DNA of 62,843 nucleotides from a virus. Its lineage: Duplodnaviria; Caudoviricetes. The position numbers and the translations under genes were made by a program. Positions 39,986 to 48,957 of the stretch are shown in pieces; the first letter of the stretch is position 1, and every line of letters starts with the position of its first letter. The DNA is taken from IMG/VR virus record IMGVR_UViG_3300010362_000001, positions 1-62,843 of that record; one strand, 5' to 3'. The notes beneath the pieces are model-generated. The model ran no database searches. It was not told where the DNA came from and saw nothing but the letters and a program-made list of their open reading frames with translations.

Positions 39986-40441
39986 CGGTTGTACGTCCCG
40001 CGGGGCAACAGACCGTCGAGTCCTCGACATGAGGACTGGTCGTGCGCCAGTGCTCTTTCTCGGTTTTTGCTGTGTTCCGGCGCGCGGAGGTGATCGGAAT
40101 TCGCCGGGCACGCTCGCACATGGTGCGCCATGGATTTTTATTTTCAAGCGGACTTTTCGGCGCGTGCATCTCTAATGTCTATAAGGAGGCATTTTTGCCA
40201 ACCTGATGCCTGCCGGAAATGCCTATGGTACAGCGACAACTGTACCGAATACGCAAATGCTGCGTGTCTAGTAAAAATAGACATTCTCCATGCGCTGTTT
40301 GGCCTTGCTTCCGCCTCGGGCCGGGGTCATTCTTCACGTCACTAAGACAACACCGTGAAATTGCAGCGGATTTCGTGACCGGGGCGGGAAGCCGACACTC
40401 GCGGGCCGGACCCGGCCGATTCAAGGAAGGGTAGAGTTGTC
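39986..40441. promoter_or_regulatory. Divergent early control region (possible operators)
   Basis: Non-coding, lower GC; recurring TG(T/C)CT half-sites and TGTCTA-N7-TAGACA at ~40266-40284. Confidence 0.45.
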
Positions 40442-40843
40442 ATGGGAGAGATCAAGAGCATATCGGAGCGGCCGGGCTCCAACGGCGGCGTCTCCGGCGA
40501 CGAGCTGCGCGGCTACCTCGACGCGGTCGCCAAGGAAGACGACGACCTGCTGACGCTCAAGTCCGAGTACATGCTTCAGTGCAAGGGACCACGCCGGCGC
40601 ATCAAGGACCAGATGGTGCTGGCCAAGCAAGCGGGGATCAACATGGTGGCGCTGCGCCAGTTGATCGCCGACGACCGGGCGCGACGACGGCGCGACAGCA
40701 AGATTGCCGAGATGGAAGCCGACGACGCGGCTGACCTGAAATCGATGCAAGAGGCGTTGGGCGAGTTCATCGACACTCCGCTCGGTCAGGCCGCGCTGCG
40801 CCGCGAGCAAGGCGACGAAACTCTCGATAATCTTTCGGCGTAA
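40442..40843 (+). CDS. GapR/DUF2312-like DNA-binding protein
   Basis: DELRGYLD...IKD....AK..G....ALRQLI..R. Confidence 0.65.
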   Translation: MGEIKSISERPGSNGGVSGDELRGYLDAVAKEDDDLLTLKSEYMLQCKGPRRRIKDQMVLAKQAGINMVALRQLIADDRARRRRDSKIAEMEADDAADLKSMQEALGEFIDTPLGQAALRREQGDETLDNLSA

Positions 40844-40865
40844 CCCTTCATGACGCGAGGCGGTC

Positions 40866-41357
40866 ATGCTCGACCATTCGTGTCAGGTCGGCCGCGCGCC
40901 GCTGGTTGAACGACGCGGGGATTGTTACGACACGCCGCCGGTCGCGGTGCACGCGCTGCTCAAGGTCGAGCGCTTGCCGCATCGGATCTGGGAACCGGCA
41001 TGCGGCACCGGCAACATCGTCGCCGTGCTGCGCAGCGTCGGGCATGACGTCATCGCGACGGATCTCAATCCGCCATTCGCGCTGGCCGAGAAATTCGTTG
41101 CCGCCGCGCTCGACCGGGCACCGTTGGTGATCATGCTGCTGCGGCTGGCGTTCTTCGAAAGCGAACGACGGACAGACATTCTCGACAACGGCAAGCTGGC
41201 GCGGATTCACGCCTTCGCCAAGCGTCTGCCGATGATGCATCGCGCCGGATGGGAAGGGCGCAAGACGAACTCAGGCATGGCGTTCGCGTGGTTCGTCTGG
41301 GATCAGGAGCACGCCGGGCCGACAACGATCGATCGAATCCGATGGGAGGCGGAATGA
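40866..41357 (+). CDS. Small SAM-dependent DNA methyltransferase-like protein (internally shortened)
   Basis: D.Y.TP, IWEPACGTG, NPPF, LRLAFFES, FAWFVWD. Confidence 0.7.
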   Translation: MLDHSCQVGRAPLVERRGDCYDTPPVAVHALLKVERLPHRIWEPACGTGNIVAVLRSVGHDVIATDLNPPFALAEKFVAAALDRAPLVIMLLRLAFFESERRTDILDNGKLARIHAFAKRLPMMHRAGWEGRKTNSGMAFAWFVWDQEHAGPTTIDRIRWEAE

Positions 41358-41602
41358 TGGACGTGAAGAATCTGTCGCTGTTGCGCCGCGAGGTCTTCGA
41401 CCTGATCGATCAGCGCGGCGAGCACGGCGCCACCTGCGACGAGATCGAGGTCATGCTCGATCTCACTCACCAGTGTGCAAGCCCGCGGTGCACCGAGCTG
41501 CGCGAGAAGGGACTGATCGTCGACAGCGGCCGGCGCCGTATAACGCGCAGCGGCCGGCGCGCGGCCGTCTACTGCACGAAGCGAAGGGAGGCAGCGGAAT
41601 GA
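41354..41602 (+). CDS. Small winged-helix protein
   Basis: GATCDEI...L...HQ..SPR..EL...GLI.DSG.RR..RSGR. Confidence 0.75.
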   Translation: MMDVKNLSLLRREVFDLIDQRGEHGATCDEIEVMLDLTHQCASPRCTELREKGLIVDSGRRRITRSGRRAAVYCTKRREAAE

Positions 41603-42513
41603 GCGAGAAGCAGCTCACATTGCTCGACGGTGGGCGCGATGTTGTCCAGTTCGACCCGGAGAAGACGCACGTCATTGTCTCCGCATTAGAGGCTGCGATC
41701 GAAAAAGCCAAGCGCATGCGCGATTGGGAGAAGTTATTCAAAGCAGTCGATTGGCTGATCGAAGAGCAGCGCGAATTCGTTGCGTGGTGGGACGCGTCGG
41801 TCAGACATAACAGCCGGCCGATAACTAATGCAGAACCGCATTACTTATCCAATTACTTATCCGCTCCCGAAGCGACGAGCAAAACGCACGTCAAGCAGTA
41901 TCAGGTTTCGCGTTGGCGCACTGGCCTTGCGCGTCCCGATTATCGCGCCAAGCTCGCCAGACCAAGCCTCATTGCGGGACTTGGCGAGGAAGCGCAGAAC
42001 CGCGCCGATCTGCAGACCGGCGAAATGGAGTGGTACACGCCGGCCGTCTATATCGAGAAAGCCCGGCGCGTTCTCGGTGCATTCGATCTCGACCCGGCGA
42101 GTTGCGCAGCGCCGCAAGAAGTCATCCGCGCCGAAACCTATTTCACGAAAGAGGACGACGGGCTGAAACAGAAATGGCATGGCCGCGTCTGGCTCAATCC
42201 GCCATATGCCGGCAAGATCGTCGCTGCCTTCGCCGAGAAAATGGTCAAGTCGTGGAATGCTGGCGATCTTGAAGCCGCGTTGATGCTGACGAACTCCTAC
42301 ACCGAGACTTCATGGTGGCACGCGCTGACCGGCGCGAGCACTGCCGTATGCTTCACGCGCGGGCGCATCAAATTCGAATCGCCGCACGGCGAGAAATGCG
42401 CACCGACCAATGGCCAGACGTTCTTCTATTTTGGATCAGAGTTAGAACGATTCCGCGCCGCGTTCGACGATGTCGGTACGATCATGGGGCGGTTCGCATG
42501 CAGCAGCGAATGA
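41599..42513 (+). CDS. Phage DNA N6-adenine methyltransferase (Dam_2/PF05869-like)
   Basis: EWYTP, FDLDPAS, W.GRVWLNPPY, RIKF. Confidence 0.9.
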   Translation: MSEKQLTLLDGGRDVVQFDPEKTHVIVSALEAAIEKAKRMRDWEKLFKAVDWLIEEQREFVAWWDASVRHNSRPITNAEPHYLSNYLSAPEATSKTHVKQYQVSRWRTGLARPDYRAKLARPSLIAGLGEEAQNRADLQTGEMEWYTPAVYIEKARRVLGAFDLDPASCAAPQEVIRAETYFTKEDDGLKQKWHGRVWLNPPYAGKIVAAFAEKMVKSWNAGDLEAALMLTNSYTETSWWHALTGASTAVCFTRGRIKFESPHGEKCAPTNGQTFFYFGSELERFRAAFDDVGTIMGRFACSSE

Positions 42514-43043
42514 CGCGCCACGGGATTTTTACAACGAGTGCGCTGTGTTGGGCGCATCTGTTTCCGTTTGAATGTAAGCTTTTTTATTATCGTGTTGCTG
42601 ATTGCGTTGCGCACATAAATAGCACGAACCCGCCATTGGTTCCTGGCTATTCGAGAAACGGAATCATTACCGGGCAAGGATATCTCATTCGCAAGTATAA
42701 GAAGTTCGTTAGGTGTCGCCGGATCGATCCGAGACGTCTCGATTGCTACGATTGGAACAACGGAACCAATCGCCAAACTGGCAAGCATTGGGGCGAGTCG
42801 CTTGTTTGCTTATGGGCGACGTTCGGCGTTTTTGGTTTCGAACCTAAGGACGTAGTTGTGTACGGGATACGGGAGCAATTCTGCGCTGTCGATTTCGGGA
42901 TGTTGCGCAACGGCGCGTGGGAAAAATGGGAGATCAAAACAGAGACTATTCGGGACACGCCAAATCTATTCGTTCAGGAATCTGAGCGCAACCATGATCC
43001 CAACCTGTTGCCGGATGGATCACGCAGATGGACACCGCTCTGA
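42510..43043 (+). CDS. Putative PD-(D/E)xK nuclease, low-GC gene
   Basis: Q...VDF.......WEIKTE....NLFVQ; ATGA-coupled to the MTase. Confidence 0.5.
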   Translation: MTRHGIFTTSALCWAHLFPFECKLFYYRVADCVAHINSTNPPLVPGYSRNGIITGQGYLIRKYKKFVRCRRIDPRRLDCYDWNNGTNRQTGKHWGESLVCLWATFGVFGFEPKDVVVYGIREQFCAVDFGMLRNGAWEKWEIKTETIRDTPNLFVQESERNHDPNLLPDGSRRWTPL

Positions 43044-43077
43044 TCGAGCATGCGCACCAACGGAAACGGCACAAGGC

Positions 43078-43626
43078 ATGACCGACATCCTCGCCCTCGA
43101 CATTGCGACGCGCGCCGGTTGGGTGCGCGGCCGCGTTGGCGGCATCCCGACGTCGGGCTCGATCCGCTTCGGGACGACGTTCACAAGCGACAATGCCGTA
43201 TTCGGCAAGGCGCTGGCGTGGTTCGCCGATTTTCTCAAAGCCGAGCCGCGGCCGACCATGCTGGTGATCGAGGCGATGTTGCCGCCGACGGCGATGAAGG
43301 GACATACGAGCCGCGCGGTGCGTGACCGGCTGGCCGGGCTGCACGGGATCTTCCGCGCCGTCGCTTACTTGCGCGGCGTCTACAACATCGAGGTTGTCGA
43401 GGTCGGTCGCGTGCGCGCGCATTTCATCGGCGATGCGCATTGCAAGCGCGACGCAGCCAAGCGCGAGACGATCGAGCGATGCCGCAGTCTTGGCTGGATC
43501 GCCGACGATGACAACGCCGCCGACGCGCTCGCGGCGTGGTCGTTCGGATGTAGCATCATCGATCCGACGACCGCGCTGAAAGTGTCGCCGCTGTTCAATC
43601 GCGAACTGACAAGGGGCGCGCTGTGA
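43078..43626 (+). CDS. RuvC-like Holliday junction resolvase
   Basis: ILALDIA...GW, LVIE, K, DDNAADA. Confidence 0.8.
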   Translation: MTDILALDIATRAGWVRGRVGGIPTSGSIRFGTTFTSDNAVFGKALAWFADFLKAEPRPTMLVIEAMLPPTAMKGHTSRAVRDRLAGLHGIFRAVAYLRGVYNIEVVEVGRVRAHFIGDAHCKRDAAKRETIERCRSLGWIADDDNAADALAAWSFGCSIIDPTTALKVSPLFNRELTRGAL

Positions 43627-43628
43627 GC

Positions 43629-43916
43629 TTATGGCCGTTGCTGTTCAAGCGTGGCGATGCGTGCGGCGAGATCGCGAAGTTCCGTCAAGGCGCGATCGAT
43701 GTCGGTGTGCATAGCTTCGACTTCGCCGGCCGTGATGTTGGTACGGGCCATGTCGTTGAGGGCGGCGCGGATCAATCGGACCTCACGCTGCAACACCGTG
43801 ATGGCTTCGCCAACGAGCGGCAAGCCGCTGACTCGCGCCTCGACCGCGGACAGCCGTGCGATCAGGCGTTCTTCGAGTCCGTTGAGTGCAGCCAAAATTG
43901 TATCCGTGTCGGTCAT
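43629..43916 (-). CDS. Antisense coiled-coil protein (moron-like)
   Basis: Heptad pattern; GGAG upstream; fills an otherwise empty gap. Confidence 0.6.
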   Translation of the reverse strand: MTDTDTILAALNGLEERLIARLSAVEARVSGLPLVGEAITVLQREVRLIRAALNDMARTNITAGEVEAMHTDIDRALTELRDLAARIATLEQQRP

Positions 43917-44000
43917 TCTGCCAAGACTCCAATCGTGCGCAATATATGCGCATCGGCACGACCTGCGCAAGGTAACTGACTTGCATGAGGGCACGACGCC

Positions 44001-46049
44001 ATGGCCAACGGTCCGCCATTCGCCGAGTTGATCGGACCGGTTGCGCGGCTGTTGCTCGGCGAGCCCAACGCCAAGCTGTCGAGCAAGAGCGAGCTGCGCT
44101 ATGGCTCGCGCGGATCGATGGCGATCGATCTCCAGAACGGCCTATGGTTCGATCATGAGACCGGCGACGGCGGCGGCGTATTCGATCTGGTCGCGCGCGA
44201 GGCCCATGTCGATGTTTCCGAATGCCCGACATGGCTGCACGAGCACGGGTTCGACATCGGCGACGATCGCGAGCATGCGCGCAAGGGCAACGGCGCCGAC
44301 GGCAAGGCCCGCAGTAAGATCGTCAAGACTTACGATTACGTCGACGAGTACGGCGCGCTCTTGTTCCAAGTCTGCCGCTTCGAGCCCAAGGACTTCCGCC
44401 AGCGCAAGCCTGATCGCAACAAGCCGGACGGCTGGAGCTGGTCGGTCAAGGGCGTGCGCCGCGTTCCCTATCGGCTGTCCGACCTGATCGAGGTCCTTGC
44501 CAGCGAGCGTGTCGTCTTCATCGTCGAAGGCGAGAAAGATGTCGACAATCTCTGGCACGTCGGGATCCCGGCTACGACCAACGCCGGCGGCGCCGGCAAG
44601 TGGCATGCCGAGCTGAGCGAGTTCTTTCGCAGCGCCGATGTCGTCGTCATCCCGGACTACGATCCGCAGAAGCGAAACCCGAAGACCAACGAGCCGATGT
44701 TCCACGATGACGGCCGGCCGGTCCTTCCCGGGCAGGACCACGCACAGGAGATCGCCGCTGCGCTAGTCGACGTCGGCGCCAGGGTGCGCGTCCTGGAGCT
44801 GTGGCAGCATTGGCCCGACATGCCGCTCAAGGGCGACGTCTCGGACTGGCTCAAGGCCGGCGGCACCGCCGACGGGCTCTATGCGCTGGTCGACGAAACA
44901 CCGCTATGGGCCCCGGGCAAAGAGGCGCCCGGCGCGCCGTCGCCGCTGCGCATTCTGACCAAAGCCGATTTCATCAAGGACTTCCGCCCGCCCGATTATC
45001 TGATCGAGGGCCTGTTGCAGCGCCGCTTCGTCTACAGCCTGACGGGAGTAACCGGTCACGCCAAGAGCGCCATCGCGCTGCTCTTGTCCGAACTCGTTTC
45101 GTCGAACAGAACGACATGGCTCGGCTCGCATCGCGTCGAGCAGGGACGCGTCGCCTATTTCGTCGGCGAGAATCCCGACGACATCCGCATGCGCGTCATC
45201 GGCGCCGACAGCAAGCGCCCGGACGACGAGCAGCCGTTGCGCGACAACATCGTCTTCATTCCCGGCATCTTCGACATCGGCGCGATGTTCACGACGCTGC
45301 ACCAGCGCCTCGGCAAGCTCGGCAGCTTCGATCTGATCATCGTCGACACGTCGGCGGCATATTTTCTCGGCAACGAGGAACTGAGCAATACCCAGATGGG
45401 GGCTCACGCCCGCATGTTGCGCCGGCTGACCGAGCTGCCGGGCGGACCGTGCGTTCTCGTTCTCTCGCATCCGATCAAGCACGCGGTTGAACCGACGCAG
45501 CTTCTGCCGCGTGGCGGCGGCGCCTTCCTGGCGGAAATGGATGGCAATTTCACCGCCTGGAAACATGACGAAGTTCTTGTTCAACTCCACTATACCAAGC
45601 TGCGGGGGCCCGGCTTCGAGCCGCTGACGTTCCGGTTAGAGACGATCAGAACCGAAAGGCTCGTCGACAACAAAGGCCGGTCAATCCCGACGGTGCGCGC
45701 CGTCGCCATCTCGCAATCGGAAGAAGATCAACAACAGCGAAACATCCATAGCGACGACGAGCACGTCCTCGCCGCGCGGCTGCGCTACGGCGACGACCAG
45801 CAGGTTTCCATCGCCGATCTGGCAACCGCATGCGGCTGGACCTTCGGCGACGGTTCACCGGCCAAGTCGCGCGTGCAGAAAGCGCTCGAACGCCTGGAGA
45901 AGGCGAAGCCCGCGGCGCTCGCCTATCGCGACCGCGGCCGCTGGCTTCTGACCGAGAAGGGCAAGGACGCAGCGCGCAAGGTGACGCTCCGTCTGGCCCA
46001 GGAAGAGCGCAGCAATCATACAAGACAAATGGCAATGGACCTGACGTAA
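44001..46049 (+). CDS. Primase-helicase (TOPRIM + RepA/AAA_25 + winged helix)
   Basis: YDY.DE.G, KDFRQR, IVEGEKD, IPDYD; GVTGHAKS, LIIVDT, HP.K, PRGGGA. Confidence 0.9.
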   Translation: MANGPPFAELIGPVARLLLGEPNAKLSSKSELRYGSRGSMAIDLQNGLWFDHETGDGGGVFDLVAREAHVDVSECPTWLHEHGFDIGDDREHARKGNGADGKARSKIVKTYDYVDEYGALLFQVCRFEPKDFRQRKPDRNKPDGWSWSVKGVRRVPYRLSDLIEVLASERVVFIVEGEKDVDNLWHVGIPATTNAGGAGKWHAELSEFFRSADVVVIPDYDPQKRNPKTNEPMFHDDGRPVLPGQDHAQEIAAALVDVGARVRVLELWQHWPDMPLKGDVSDWLKAGGTADGLYALVDETPLWAPGKEAPGAPSPLRILTKADFIKDFRPPDYLIEGLLQRRFVYSLTGVTGHAKSAIALLLSELVSSNRTTWLGSHRVEQGRVAYFVGENPDDIRMRVIGADSKRPDDEQPLRDNIVFIPGIFDIGAMFTTLHQRLGKLGSFDLIIVDTSAAYFLGNEELSNTQMGAHARMLRRLTELPGGPCVLVLSHPIKHAVEPTQLLPRGGGAFLAEMDGNFTAWKHDEVLVQLHYTKLRGPGFEPLTFRLETIRTERLVDNKGRSIPTVRAVAISQSEEDQQQRNIHSDDEHVLAARLRYGDDQQVSIADLATACGWTFGDGSPAKSRVQKALERLEKAKPAALAYRDRGRWLLTEKGKDAARKVTLRLAQEERSNHTRQMAMDLT

Positions 46050-46275
46050 ATGTACCAAAATCGAGCAGGTACGGTCGCGCGCGATTTTCGCACTGCGCTG
46101 AGAGCGTACCAGCCTCTTAGGTATGCTCAGGTCCGAAGATCGCGCGACCGCGATCAAGCCCATAGCCGATTTAAGGTTTTCCCGTATTGGAGGCCCGGGT
46201 ACGCGCCCCGGCGGCGGAATCCATCGTCCGCCCGGGGTGTGCCGTACCGTACCTGTCCCTTCCTCTCTAGAGAGG
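46050..46275. other. Candidate replication origin
   Basis: Six GTAC-centred repeats in ~210 bp and the palindrome CTCTCTAGAGAG right after the primase-helicase. Confidence 0.45.
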
Positions 46276-46433
46276 AGTCCAGAGGAGAGGGAAATGCGAG
46301 GGAGATTAAGTGATGTCAAAAATGACGGCGCGAAAGTTGAGCAAAAAATCATGCGGTCTTAACCAACGTCGAAAGCGATGGATGAAAAGCTGACCAAGAA
46401 CTTGCCAGACTCACGGCCAAGAGGCTGGACCGC

Positions 46434-46604
46434 ATGACGATCGAGTACGTCGACAGGTTCGATCTCGCGGTCTTCATCGCCGGCTATGTGATCGCCGCGA
46501 TCGGCATCGGCATGGCGAGCGGCCTCGCCGGCCTGCTGATCTACGTCGGCGCCACGATGATGTTGGCAGCCTGGACTTCACGCCAAGAAAGGAATGAGCC
46601 GTGA
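46434..46604 (+). CDS. Small membrane protein
   Basis: 56-aa hydrophobic ORF, GAGG RBS, GTGA overlap. Confidence 0.5.
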   Translation: MTIEYVDRFDLAVFIAGYVIAAIGIGMASGLAGLLIYVGATMMLAAWTSRQERNEP

Positions 46605-46855
46605 GCATTATGGAAAACGATGTCCCGCCCCGCCGCATCGGTCGGCCGCCGCGCTACAGCGGCCGGCGGCAGACGTTCAGCTTCCGGATCACCGACGAAA
46701 TGCGTCAGCAGCTCATCGGCGCTGTGCGCATCAGCGGACGCTCGTTGTCGGAAGAGGTCGAATACCGGGTCGCGCGCTCGTTCCTGGAAGACCGATGGGA
46801 AGAGCGAATGCGCGAAACATTGTCCAAGCTTCTGCACCCGGACGAAAAGCCATGA
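46601..46855 (+). CDS. Arc/TraY-like ribbon-helix-helix protein
   Basis: GRPP, FSFRI....R..L......SGRSLSEE.EYR. Confidence 0.8.
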   Translation: MSIMENDVPPRRIGRPPRYSGRRQTFSFRITDEMRQQLIGAVRISGRSLSEEVEYRVARSFLEDRWEERMRETLSKLLHPDEKP

Positions 46856-47169
46856 GCATCGGGCGCGAAATGTTGCCGCTGCGCCGGCAGTGCGCGACGT
46901 TCAAAATCCGCTTCGGCGGTCAGAACTCGGCGTACCATATTACGCTCGGCCTCTACGATGACGGCCGACTGGGCGAAGTCTTCATCTCAACCAACAAGAT
47001 CGGCAGCGCCGCCGATGCGCTCGCGCGCGACATCGCCATTCTCATGTCGCTCGCCATGCAGCACGGTTGCGCGATGCAGACCATGCGCGACGCATTGACA
47101 CGCAACGCCGATGGCTCGCCGTCAACGATCGCCGGCGCCGTCGCCGACAGGATTACGGGAGAACAATAA
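46852..47169 (+). CDS. Stand-alone TSCPD/NrdJb-like domain protein
   Basis: R..LP.RR....F, DGRLGEVFI...K.GS, SLA.QHG. Confidence 0.75.
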   Translation: MSIGREMLPLRRQCATFKIRFGGQNSAYHITLGLYDDGRLGEVFISTNKIGSAADALARDIAILMSLAMQHGCAMQTMRDALTRNADGSPSTIAGAVADRITGEQ

Positions 47170-47206
47170 AAAACAGCCGACCACGAGAGACTCGCGATCG
47201 GCTGTT
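47168..47206. terminator. Terminator-like hairpin before the NusG paralogue
   Basis: A-run + AACAGCCGA...TCGGCTGTT. Confidence 0.55.
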
Positions 47207-47267
47207 CGGAGGGAAGGTGGTGGAAGTCAGACAATGGCCATCATAGCACGCATGGTGAAATCGGGGA

Positions 47268-47780
47268 ATGAGTTTTTGGTCGGTCGTTCAATGCGAGCCA
47301 CGCATGCTGATCAAGGCGGCGCGACGTGATGAAACGCTCGCCGAGGATCTGTTCCGCCGCGGCGGTTTCGAATCGTACTTGCCGCAGACAAAATCGCGCA
47401 AGGGCGGCAAGACCAGAATCGCGCCGCTGTTTCCGGGTTACATCTTCGTGCGCATCATCGATCAATGGTACCCGGTCCGTTGGACCATCGGCGTCTTGCG
47501 CATCCTCATGGCCGGTGACGAACCGGCGCGCCTTGCCGATCAGGTGGTCGACAGCATCCGCCGGCGCGAAGTCGGCGGCTTCGTCAAACTGCCGTCGGCA
47601 ATCAAGCGCGGGCCGCTCAATCCAGGGCAGAAAGTCCGAATCCTCACCGGATCATTTCAAGGGCATGTCGGGCTCTACGACGGGCAATCGCCGCAAGAGC
47701 GCGAGCGCGTTCTGCTCAACCTTTTGGGCCGACGCGTCCCGGTTGTTCTGGCCAAGGATGATCGCCTCGCCGCACTATAG
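47268..47780 (+). CDS. NusG/RfaH-family antiterminator (NGN + KOW)
   Basis: W.VV, YLP, PLFPGYIFV, GQKVRI..G.F.G, RVLLNLLGR. Confidence 0.9.
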   Translation: MSFWSVVQCEPRMLIKAARRDETLAEDLFRRGGFESYLPQTKSRKGGKTRIAPLFPGYIFVRIIDQWYPVRWTIGVLRILMAGDEPARLADQVVDSIRRREVGGFVKLPSAIKRGPLNPGQKVRILTGSFQGHVGLYDGQSPQERERVLLNLLGRRVPVVLAKDDRLAAL

Positions 47781-48150
47781 CTTGCGTCAAAATCCAATCT
47801 GCGATACTAGACGGAAATCCCAACTCAGACGGCAACCGGTTGTTTCACCGAGGAAAGTCCCGCGATCTGTGGACTCCTCGACACGCAGCGCGCTTGTCTC
47901 GCGCGGGTCTTGCATGCCGTCATGAGTTGGGAACCCGTTGCGGCAAAGCAGGACCTGACCGAGAGCGAAGCGCCAGACGCCGAACATCGGCACTCAGCCG
48001 CCGAGACCCTCTCAAGTCCGCGCGTCTGGCGCTTTCGTCCTTTTTCTTTTCTTGCCTACCTCACCACGGCCGCCAGCTGTGTGAGCAGGCGAGAACGACG
48101 GGCGCTAGAGGACTGACGTTTCCCCCCGCTGGTGCCCGTCGGCTTTTTCC
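47781..48150 (+). promoter_or_regulatory. Putative late promoter and structured leader with two terminator-like hairpins
   Basis: CTTGCG-N17-ATACTA; stems 47968-47980/48022-48034 + T tract and 48096-48105/48132-48141 + T tract. Confidence 0.6.
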
Positions 48151-48165
48151 CTCAAGGTCTTGAAC

Positions 48166-48525
48166 ATGCGTCAGCCCGAGTTGGTGAGGATCACGCCAGC
48201 CTTTGCGCGTCGTGCTGCGCATCATCGCTGGTACTCAACGCAGCGCTGGCGCCGCAAAGCCAAGCGCCAGCTCCAAGAACATCCGCTCTGTGCCATGCAT
48301 CTGCAGCGCGGGCAGGTGATGCCCGCCTCGGTCGCTGATCACATCATCCCGCATCGTGGTGATGTTCAGCAGTTCTGGTCTGGTGCGCTGCAGTCTCTGT
48401 GCGACGCATGCCACAACAGTGCCAAGCGCCTCGAAGAGCAGGACGGTTTCCGCTCCGACGTGGGCCCCGATGGCTGGCCTCTCGACCCTAGGCACCCTGC
48501 CCACTCCTGCCCACTAAGCCGTTGA
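48166..48525 (+). CDS. Terminase-associated HNH endonuclease
   Basis: WY...RW, PLC, ADHIIPHRGD, LQSLCDACHN..K. Confidence 0.9.
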   Translation: MRQPELVRITPAFARRAAHHRWYSTQRWRRKAKRQLQEHPLCAMHLQRGQVMPASVADHIIPHRGDVQQFWSGALQSLCDACHNSAKRLEEQDGFRSDVGPDGWPLDPRHPAHSCPLSR

Positions 48526-48639
48526 GCGAGAAGAATATTCTTCTCCGCCGGTTCCCTGCCCGGATGCCCCGCGCAATAAAAAAACAGGGGTCCAAATACC
48601 TCCAAACGAGCCCCACAGAGGGCCGCTGGTGCGTTTGAC

Positions 48640-48790
48640 TTGGGGCGGGGGTAGGGGGGAGTATCCCCCACCTATGCCGCGCAACGTACGGCCTTCTCAG
48701 GGCCGGGGGGGCCCCAATTTTTTGGGGACTCCCGCCGGCCGCGGCCGCGGCGGCGCTCGACTTTTTTGTATGTCAAAAAAGGCGGCTGTT
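48640..48790. other. Candidate cos (cohesive end) region
   Basis: Between HNH and terL; G runs, then GC-only CCGCGGCCGCGGCGGCGC, then T/A tracts, as in HK97-type 3' cos phages. Confidence 0.5.
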
Positions 48791-48957
48791 TTGTAATTTT
48801 GTTGCGCGGTTCCCAGGGCGGTTCCCGGGGGGTAGAAAAATCTTCTATGCCGTTGAAATACCTCCGAAAACGGAGGTATTCCAGGCGTCCCATCCCGGCC
48901 CCTGGGAAAGTTGGGCAGGGAGTGGGCAAATCCCTGAAAAACCTTGGGAAATCTTTT

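Noticed and set aside
48809-48824. Alphaproteobacterial LexA box
   Set aside because: GTTC-N8-GTTC spacing, not the required N7
48766-48957. Extended TerL N-terminus from the ORF track (also the longer starts at 57387, 40147, 31002)
   Set aside because: Extensions run through cos-like or regulatory sequence; downstream ATGs match RBSs or domain boundaries better
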